A stretch of DNA of 13,681 nucleotides from the NCBI GenBank assembly GCA_004524535.1, contig SDNY01000099.1, positions 1 through 13,681 on the forward strand. The letters are read 5' to 3'. Below, piece after piece: positions 1-6,531 of this stretch; the first letter of the stretch is position 1, and every line of letters starts with the position of its first letter. The DNA is from Promethearchaeota archaeon (lineage in GTDB: Archaea > Asgardarchaeota > Lokiarchaeia > Sigyniarchaeales > SOKP01). Both the position numbers and the translations under genes were made by a program. Under the pieces are notes generated by a model. It was not told where the DNA came from, did not search any database, and saw only the letters and a list, made by a program, of their open reading frames with translations.

Positions 1-2112
1 CTCGAAAAGAAGGTCGAGCTTATCGACGAAGACGCCCCGACGGATATAAAGTTCAAGACCGAAGATTTAACCTATAAGGTAAAAAATAGTAAGGGACAGT
101 ACGAGCAGTATAAAGCAAAGGCGTATATTCAAGAGGGAGTCGCTAAGGAAGACTGCCGACTAATAGCGTTCCGTCTTACGGGGATTTCAGCAGATGAAGC
201 GGTTAAATTTATCTATATAGAGAAAGGATTAACTCTAAGTCAGACTAAAAAAGTTATTAGACAAGCGTATAACCTCAATCCAATACTGGATATTAACTTT
301 ATTCTTAATGGCGAGGTATTAAATAGACCACTAGGAAGCGTCTCTCCAGCCGCACTTCAAGACGTATCGTATGAAATTACGGATTCCAGCGAGATCATCT
401 TTCAATCAGCAATAACCATCATGGCTCAGCAAAGAGGGAATGCTCTTGAAGGATTAAGAGGATATACAAGAAAAAGAGCGGAAATTTTGGAGCAACACCA
501 AGGAAATATTATTTATGAAAAACTATTAGAATATTCCTTAAGTACTATAAAAGATATTAATGAAGAATATAGTATGGCTAGACAAGAAGTTGCTAGAGAA
601 AATATCGTTGAGCCAATTCAGACTAGAATAACTAAATTTATAGATGGTAAGTCAAGACATATAATAAAATTGGGTGATCCTAGTTTTGGAAAAGTATTAG
701 AGAGCCCTTCAAAATATGGATATGGGCATTTTGTTTATAGATGGGATTGGAAAGGACATAAAACATTATTTAAACAAGGAATTTATCTGAATGATCTTCC
801 ATATATTGGTTACTCTTCTAATTTTATCAATAGAATAGGTGGTGAAATTATAGATGCGTTAGAGAATAATGCAAACGGTAGGCTATCTAGATTGCATGAA
901 CAAGCAATAATAATTGCACTTCGGCAAGAAGTAGAACAAATTATTAGAAAAATCAATACGGTTGATAGAGAGGCAGATCTTGATCCATTGTTAAATGATT
1001 TAGATACGATTTATTATTGGTATCAATCTCAACGGGGAACTTGGAAAGCAAAAGAAGTTCTTGAATATATTATGTCGGATAAGGTTATTCGCAAATATTT
1101 TAATATATATATTATTGAAGCTCATGATTTTAAGTCATCTGCACTTGATAGTGAAAGAGATTTAACAAAGAATTTAAAGCATAAAATTAATGGTAAACAA
1201 GTTTCAGGCACAATATTTCCAAATGGTTTAAATATGAAAGAAGGTGGAGGCTCATCAGGATCTGAGGCATATGACGCTATTAATATGTTAGATGTCATAG
1301 CTCTTACTTCATTAGGACTCAGACTATATAGTATTGCTGATATATTAACCCAGATCACAAAAGTAAGGATTACTCCTCAGACTTTATCACATAAAATTCT
1401 TAATTCAGAATTTGGTTCATTTAAAGATCTTCAAGAATTTGCTTTAAAACCTGTTGTTGATTTATTAATTAAAGAGGCGTTTATTAATCGTCCAGAAGAT
1501 TTCTCGATTAAGATGTTGTATAAAATATTTGAATTTGGAGAGATCTACTTTCTTAATAGATTACAAGACTGGTTTGGAGTTGATTTTGATACATTGAAGA
1601 AACTTCAAAGAGCGAATATTGACTGGGATGAAGCTAAACAAATAACACAAGAAGTATTAAAAGTCTTTCGAGGAATTTCACCTTTCGATATGAGAGAATG
1701 GTTGATGGATACGAAGATCTCACAAGGTTTTATTAGGGATAAATTAGGGTTAAGTTCTACTCAATTTAAAAGAGTAATAAAGACAAAGATTTCTCCCTTT
1801 TTTACAGGGCAAGAAATGAATTCAATTGATCTTATAAAGTTCTTGCGTAGACAAGAAACTATTGATCTATTACAAGAAGGAATAGACCCTGAAATAATAC
1901 TTAGTGAACACTTTCACTTCGATATTTTTCGTATTGGAGCTGATGGTATTTTATATGTGGTTAAATCAAAAGTACGACGGGAGTTTCAAAAAATGTTTGA
2001 AGGGACTGGTTTAAATTTTGAACAAATTATTAAAAGTTATTCAGATTATCCTTATAATATTTTAAAGAGATATGGACCATATATTAAAATTAAGTATAAT
2101 GATTTAATTTAA
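1..2112 (+). CDS. 5'-truncated large multidomain protein (at least 703 aa): ubiquitin-like domain, GIY-YIG-like nuclease and HTH-like C-terminal region
   Basis: Frame 1 is open from base 1 (LEKKVELIDEDAPTD...) into the track ORF 421..2112, so ATG 421 is probably internal and the true start lies upstream of the window. Domain calls are by motif recognition only. Confidence 0.8.
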   Translation, partial: LEKKVELIDEDAPTDIKFKTEDLTYKVKNSKGQYEQYKAKAYIQEGVAKEDCRLIAFRLTGISADEAVKFIYIEKGLTLSQTKKVIRQAYNLNPILDINFILNGEVLNRPLGSVSPAALQDVSYEITDSSEIIFQSAITIMAQQRGNALEGLRGYTRKRAEILEQHQGNIIYEKLLEYSLSTIKDINEEYSMARQEVARENIVEPIQTRITKFIDGKSRHIIKLGDPSFGKVLESPSKYGYGHFVYRWDWKGHKTLFKQGIYLNDLPYIGYSSNFINRIGGEIIDALENNANGRLSRLHEQAIIIALRQEVEQIIRKINTVDREADLDPLLNDLDTIYYWYQSQRGTWKAKEVLEYIMSDKVIRKYFNIYIIEAHDFKSSALDSERDLTKNLKHKINGKQVSGTIFPNGLNMKEGGGSSGSEAYDAINMLDVIALTSLGLRLYSIADILTQITKVRITPQTLSHKILNSEFGSFKDLQEFALKPVVDLLIKEAFINRPEDFSIKMLYKIFEFGEIYFLNRLQDWFGVDFDTLKKLQRANIDWDEAKQITQEVLKVFRGISPFDMREWLMDTKISQGFIRDKLGLSSTQFKRVIKTKISPFFTGQEMNSIDLIKFLRRQETIDLLQEGIDPEIILSEHFHFDIFRIGADGILYVVKSKVRREFQKMFEGTGLNFEQIIKSYSDYPYNILKRYGPYIKIKYNDLI
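157..441 (+). other. Embedded ubiquitin-like (beta-grasp) domain
   Basis: Translation RLIAFRLTGISADEAVKFIYIEKGLTLSQTKKVIRQAYNLNPILDINFILNGEVLN...AITIMAQQRGN follows the Ub-fold pattern: two strands, a T-L-x-x-x-K helix, the F-I-L-N-G-x-x-L strand pair and a final strand. It resembles my recollection of small lokiarchaeal ubiquitin-like proteins. It ends RGN, not GG. Confidence 0.55.
715..1254 (+). other. GIY-YIG-like endonuclease domain
   Basis: GHFVYRW...PYIGYSSNFINR gives the GIY-like strand, YIG and the conserved Arg. FNIYIIE...ALDSERDL gives the candidate metal-binding Glu helix, and FPNGLNMKEGG matches the C-terminal G-x-N...GG motif. There is a long helical insertion between the two halves. 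Confidence 0.6.
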
Positions 2113-2167
2113 ATTTATTAAAATATAGGTATTAATTAATAGATTAGGTTTGTTAATTTGGTAATTA

Positions 2168-2578
2168 ATGACAGATATTAGATTGCTTGACGATGAACAT
2201 GATAAGGAATGGACAAGATTTATATTTAATGCTTGTGATTTAGAGTATCATCAATTAAGAGAAAATAAGATTACACGAGAAATTTTAGAAAAGAATTTAG
2301 ATCAAATTGTTAACAAGATTTTTAATTGTAATGATGAATACAATAATGTTGATGCTATACTTATCGGATTTCAAATTTTAGGGATTTTTATACTTAAAAC
2401 CGGTGCTTTCCTGCCTGAAATAGTAAAAAATGCGATTCTTTTCTCTACCACTTGGGAATATGATAAAATGAGAGGATGGAGTAGACTTTTAGAAGAGGAA
2501 AGGAAGGAAAATCTTGACAATTTTAGAAAAGCAATACTCAATCATAAAGTTGGAAAAATAATTAAAATCTCCTTTTAA
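2168..2578 (+). CDS. Hypothetical 136-aa helical protein; possible partner or immunity protein of the upstream nuclease-domain protein
   Basis: Clean ORF, co-oriented and 55 bp after the preceding stop. The function is inferred from position only. Confidence 0.7.
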   Translation: MTDIRLLDDEHDKEWTRFIFNACDLEYHQLRENKITREILEKNLDQIVNKIFNCNDEYNNVDAILIGFQILGIFILKTGAFLPEIVKNAILFSTTWEYDKMRGWSRLLEEERKENLDNFRKAILNHKVGKIIKISF

Positions 2579-3023
2579 AAAATTTTCTTGTTTAAATTAA
2601 ATCAATAATACCTTTGTTTTTGAAATATTAATTTCCCAAATAAATAGTATGCACAAATTATAAATCTTTTATTCTCTCAAGATTTTTCAAGTGAAGAGAT
2701 ATTGATTTTTGTCTTTTGGATTCTTTTTTTTCATTTGTTCCCAATCTTGAAAATCTTTTTCATTCTCTTTTTTTTATTTATAATCTTTTTATTTCATTCT
2801 TATTTTTACTCTGATTTTTCCTTTCAGAATATTTCAGATGATTTTTAACTTCTGATTTTCCCCCAAGAAAATTATTTGAATTCTTTTTTTTATTTAACAA
2901 TAAATTTTAATTTTGATTTTTAATACTTCTAATTATAATTATGAATCTTAAGAAATATAATTAAAAAAAAAAACAAAAAAATAAGTTCGATGAAAATATG
3001 AGACTATTAGATATAATTGTATT

Positions 3024-3031
3024 AAGGAGGT
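3024..3031 (+). promoter_or_regulatory. Shine-Dalgarno ribosome-binding site of cdhC
   Basis: AAGGAGGT ends 10 nt before ATG 3042. Confidence 0.7.
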
Positions 3032-3041
3032 TGTTTGAAAG

Positions 3042-4534
3042 ATGAGTTTTAAGTTTTTTGGAGGAACTTCACCTGTTGATGTGGGACCTGTGTACGAAGG
3101 TGAACGAATCAGAGCAAAGCAAATGTACGTAGAGCTTGGAGGACCAAAAATTCAGACAGGACATTTCGAATTGGTAAGAGTTAAGCCTGATAAAGAAATT
3201 AAGGATGGACAAGTGAAAGTAATTGGTCTTGACTTAAAGGATATGGAATTAGGTTCAACCCATCCAATTGGCATTTTAGTTGAAGTCGCAGGACCTCAGT
3301 TGGAGGAAGACCTGGAAGCAGTGTTCGAAAGAAGAATTCACGAGTTCTGCAACTTTGTTAATGGTATCATGCATCTCAACCAAAGATATACAAACTGGAT
3401 GAGACTTAGTAAAACAGCTTACGAAAAGGGGTTTAATTCATTTGAAATATTAGGAAATGTGTTAATTCGACTTTTCAAAGCTGAACTACCAATTATTGAG
3501 AAGGCACAAGTAACTATTTATACAGATCCAAAAGAGATTGAGAAACCATATGAGATGGCGTTGGCTATATATGAGGCTAGGGATGAAAGAGCTCGAACTA
3601 TTCATGATGAGGATGTCGAAATGTATTACGGATGCGTATATAGTTTCTCAGATTGAGAGTCTAGCGCTATATGCCAGTCTTTCGCTCCGACTCATGCTTG
3701 TTGCATAACACCAGATAGAACCTCTCTCTGCGGCAGTATTAATTGGTTTGATGCAAGAGCTGCCGCTAAGGTGGACCCGAAAGGACCAATAATTATGTCA
3801 TTCCGACTAATAGGTTAATCTATGAGGTTCCACCAGGAGAATGCCTTGATGCTTTTGCTGGAGAATTCTCGGGAGTTAACGATATGATAAAAAAACGTTC
3901 TCTCGGGGAAATTGAGCGTATCTATCTTTACTCTGGTATGGAATTTCCACATACATCGTGTGGGTGTTTCGAAGCTATTGATTTTTTTATCCCAGAAACA
4001 GGAGTAGGACACGGTATAATTGACCGAAGTCATGATGGTGTGGCATTAAATGGACTACCATTCAGTGCGATGGCAAATCAGACGGGTGGAGGCAAACAAA
4101 TGCCTGGTTTTAATGGAATAAGTATCCAATACATTCTTTCACCGAAATTTCAACAATATGATGGTGGAATTGAGATGGTTGTATGGATGGGAAAAACTGT
4201 AAAGGACCGAATATATGAGTTACTCCCTGAAGATTTACGAGATAAAATTGCTACTGAAGAGGATGTCAATGATTTAAATGCTTTAATTCCATGGTTACAA
4301 GAAAAAGGCCATCCAATTGTAGAGACTGAGAAGTTTAAGGCTGCAATTGCCGAGCAAGAAGAAGAGGAAGAGGAATGGGAAGAAGGAGGAGCAATGATGC
4401 CTGTAGGGACCGTTGGAATGACGATTGCTGGCGTTGGCGGTGCTGGCGGATTTAAGATCATCTTAAAGAACTGTAAGGTCAAAGCGGAATCAATTATAAT
4501 AAAAAAAATCCAATCTAGAAGAAGCAAAAAATAA
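3042..4534 (+). CDS. cdhC: Acetyl-CoA decarbonylase/synthase (CODH/ACS) beta subunit; spliced model join(3042..3639,3670..3789,3819..4534), 477 aa
   Basis: Archaeal CdhC motifs: PVDVGPVYEGERIR, ELGGPK, ERRIHEFCNFVNGIMHLNQR, HDEDVEMYYGC, CQSFAPTHACCITPDRTSLCGSINWFDARAAAKVDPKGP (between the two track ORFs), PHTSCGCFE, GGGKQMPGF, and an acidic/Gly-rich tail. The exons total 598+120+716=1434 nt, an intact frame. Confidence 0.95.
3640..3669 (+). other. Candidate BHB-type pre-mRNA intron 1 in cdhC (30 nt)
   Basis: Central 4-bp helix GCGU(3634-37)/GCGC(3664-67). Three-nt bulges AU^A(3638-40) and UA^U(3668-70). Intron hairpin UAGuUUCUCA-gau-UGAGAGuCUA (3641-3663). Exon pairs U3633-A3671 and A3632-U3672. 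Removal gives TGC GTA TTA TGC = C-V-L-C and deletes the TGA at 3654. Confidence 0.88.
3790..3818 (+). other. Candidate BHB-type (slightly relaxed) pre-mRNA intron 2 in cdhC (29 nt)
   Basis: Central 4-bp helix GACC(3784-87)/GGUU(3813-16). Bulges AA^U(3788-90) and AA^U(3817-19). Intron hairpin AUUAuGUC-auucc-GACUAAU (3792-3811), closed by an A3791/A3812 mismatch. Exon pairs G3783-C3820 and A3782-U3821. Removal gives DPKGP-IYEVPPGECLD and repairs the frameshift. Confidence 0.85.
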
Positions 4535-4535
4535 A

Positions 4536-4590
4536 TTTTTTTATTTTACTTTTTTTTACTTTTATTATTTTACTTATTTTGAAATACTTT
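4536..4590 (+). terminator. T-tract region after cdhC; probable archaeal-type terminator between convergent genes
   Basis: Multiple T runs (up to 8) directly after TAA 4534. A-runs further on would serve the opposite strand. Confidence 0.45.
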
Positions 4591-4659
4591 TATAAAAAAT
4601 AGATATAAAAAAGATGCTTTAATTCAATAGCATAATTCATTTTCTTACGAAAAAAAGTT

Positions 4660-5124
4660 TTATATATAATATCCCGTGCTATCTTCTGTGTATTTATTTT
4701 TATCGTCATCGTTCTCGTCATCGTCGTCATTTTTACCCATCATTTTTTTATAAAATGCTTTAATAATATCTTCTGGATCAGCGTTGGGATCAAGATCTTT
4801 AAAATCTCTTGGATCAATTTTGATAATCCCGCCTTGTTTAAATGGAACAAATTTACTACGCATTTCCCTCTCTATTCTTTCTTCTCGCTTAGATTTGAGA
4901 CTTAATTCTTTTTTCATTAATTCTTTTAATTCGTCAGCAACAAGTTTATCTAACTCGTCATTTTCGAGTTCTAATAACATATCATTCCCTAAAGTTTTAG
5001 TAAGTCGTTTAATGGCTTTTTCTCGTTTAATTTCTGAAATTTGAGTTATAGAGTTTAAATCTAAAAGATTTAAGATATTAAGCCAATCTAGTTTAATTGT
5101 CCAAGAAAATTCTTTTTCTGACAT
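4660..5124 (-). CDS. Hypothetical 154-aa charged protein with a coiled-coil-like middle and an acidic tail
   Basis: ORF with typical composition (K/E/D-rich, DDDDENDDDK tail), convergent with cdhC. No recognised family. Confidence 0.8.
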   Translation of the reverse strand: MSEKEFSWTIKLDWLNILNLLDLNSITQISEIKREKAIKRLTKTLGNDMLLELENDELDKLVADELKELMKKELSLKSKREERIEREMRSKFVPFKQGGIIKIDPRDFKDLDPNADPEDIIKAFYKKMMGKNDDDDENDDDKNKYTEDSTGYYI

Positions 5125-5390
5125 ATTTTAAAATCTTTTATTTTACAATTATAATAATCTATTATTTTAGTTAAATTTTTTTTTTATCCGTGAAGATAAA
5201 CTCATTTGATAAATATATATTTAATCATTTTAATCTATAATTTTAAATGGTTGGCAAAATAGGTCTTTAAATGTTATCTCTTCTATTTTAAATTCAGATT
5301 CTATATATTGATGAGATCAAAATTAATATAATTGTTTTTATATAGAGGATAATAATAATAATAAATAACCAAAAGAAATATTGAATAATT

Positions 5391-6500
5391 ATGGCAAAAA
5401 AACCATCAACTTCAAAATCAATACCTAAAAATAACCCAGTAGCTAAAAAGAAACCAGTAGCTAAAAAGAAACCAGTAGCTAAAAAGAAACCAGTAGCTAA
5501 AGAAAAAGCCGATACAAAAGTAGTAAAAAAAAGCCCTAATGAATTAGAGATATTAAAAAAATCTCCTTATCTTAAAGATTCACTAAAGAACATTAAGGAT
5601 TTAAATTTATCTGATTTGTTTGAAAGGAATCTTATTAAAGAAAAAGAATCTGATTTTGAGATCGTTTTATCTGGTCAATATGAAAAGGCTATTGAATTAA
5701 TTATGGAGGCTGATGCTTCTAATTTGTATCCAATATTAATTGGGCCACCTGGGATTGGTAAAACGACTTTATGTCGATATTACGCTCAAATTAGATCCCA
5801 TATTATCGGAAATAGCTCATTTGAGTGGATTACATTTGATGAGTCAACAAAACCCGCCCATTTAATTGGATCATTTAATCCCGCTATTACAATCCAAAAA
5901 GGTTTTTCATTTGATTCTTTTAATCCAGGACCCTTAATCCGAGCCATGTTAAGAGGAGGGGTATTCTTAGCTAACGAAGTAAATCGTGCAACAGAGTATA
6001 CACAGAATTCATTGTTAGAACCTTTAGAAGAAAAAACGGTTGCAATCCCACATATTGGGAGAATTAGAGCAACTTCAGGTTTCTTTTTCATTGGTTCTAT
6101 GAATCCTTCTGAATTGGTTGGGACACACCGATTAGGCGAGGCTCTTAAAGATAGATTTAATGTGTGGATTGAGCTTAATTATCCTGATAAAAAAACGGAA
6201 ATGAAAATAATTGAACATAATAATCCATATTACAAGATCGATGAAAGCTTGTTGGAAAAGATCTATCTTCTTATCAATCGAACACGTACTCATCATCAGG
6301 TTCAAATTCCCGCAAGTTTAAGGAGTGGAATAGCTATGGCTCGGCTAGTAGGGATTTCTCAATTGAAGAAAGAACAACCTAATCCAAATGTCATTTTGCG
6401 TGAAATTGCTAAGCATGTTTTAAATGGTTCAATTCAACCAAAACCAGGTGTAAAACCTGAAAGTATCATTAAAAATATAATAAGCCAAGTAGTTGGCTAG
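5391..6500 (+). CDS. MoxR-family AAA+ ATPase with a Lys-rich N-terminal tail
   Basis: Walker A GPPGIGKT, helix-2 insert region HLIG...FNPGPL, Walker B variant VFLANEVNR, QNSLLEPLEE, sensor I SMNP and Arg finger EALKDRF. It is adjacent to a VWA gene. Confidence 0.92.
   Translation: MAKKPSTSKSIPKNNPVAKKKPVAKKKPVAKKKPVAKEKADTKVVKKSPNELEILKKSPYLKDSLKNIKDLNLSDLFERNLIKEKESDFEIVLSGQYEKAIELIMEADASNLYPILIGPPGIGKTTLCRYYAQIRSHIIGNSSFEWITFDESTKPAHLIGSFNPAITIQKGFSFDSFNPGPLIRAMLRGGVFLANEVNRATEYTQNSLLEPLEEKTVAIPHIGRIRATSGFFFIGSMNPSELVGTHRLGEALKDRFNVWIELNYPDKKTEMKIIEHNNPYYKIDESLLEKIYLLINRTRTHHQVQIPASLRSGIAMARLVGISQLKKEQPNPNVILREIAKHVLNGSIQPKPGVKPESIIKNIISQVVG
5436..5501 (+). repeat. Perfect 18-bp coding tandem repeat CCAGTAGCTAAAAAGAAA x3.7 (PVAKKK)
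   Basis: Identical units start at 5436, 5454 and 5472, with a partial unit at 5490-5501. Confidence 0.95.
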
Positions 6501-6531
6501 AATTAGTTTAAAAGACTTTGTGATGTAAATC

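Noticed and set aside
715-1254. The GIY-YIG-like protein as a free-standing homing endonuclease mobilising the cdhC introns
   Set aside because: Only proximity supports it. The domain is part of a much larger protein, and endonucleases known from archaeal BHB introns are LAGLIDADG type.
3654-3656. In-frame TGA read as selenocysteine or by readthrough
   Set aside because: Readthrough would leave 10 extra residues inside the CxxC ligand motif and would not fix the second frameshift. The TGA does not align with a conserved Cys.
3637-3672. TATAT direct repeat as a transposon target-site duplication or footprint
   Set aside because: The copies are 31 nt apart, so collapsing them would frameshift the gene. 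The 30-nt BHB excision restores it. No transposase or terminal inverted repeats are present.
3042-4534. cdhC as a pseudogene or as two separate genes
   Set aside because: There are no other visible lesions, all metal ligands and the RBS are intact, and both lesions are discrete inserts with BHB geometry that excise precisely.
4351-4534. Poly-Glu and Gly-rich tail of CdhC as a novel domain
   Set aside because: An acidic linker followed by a G-rich, KIILKN-type C-terminal segment is a normal feature of archaeal CdhC.
5436-5501. CRISPR-like array
   Set aside because: The units are contiguous 18-mers with no spacers, lie in frame within a CDS, and no cas genes are present.
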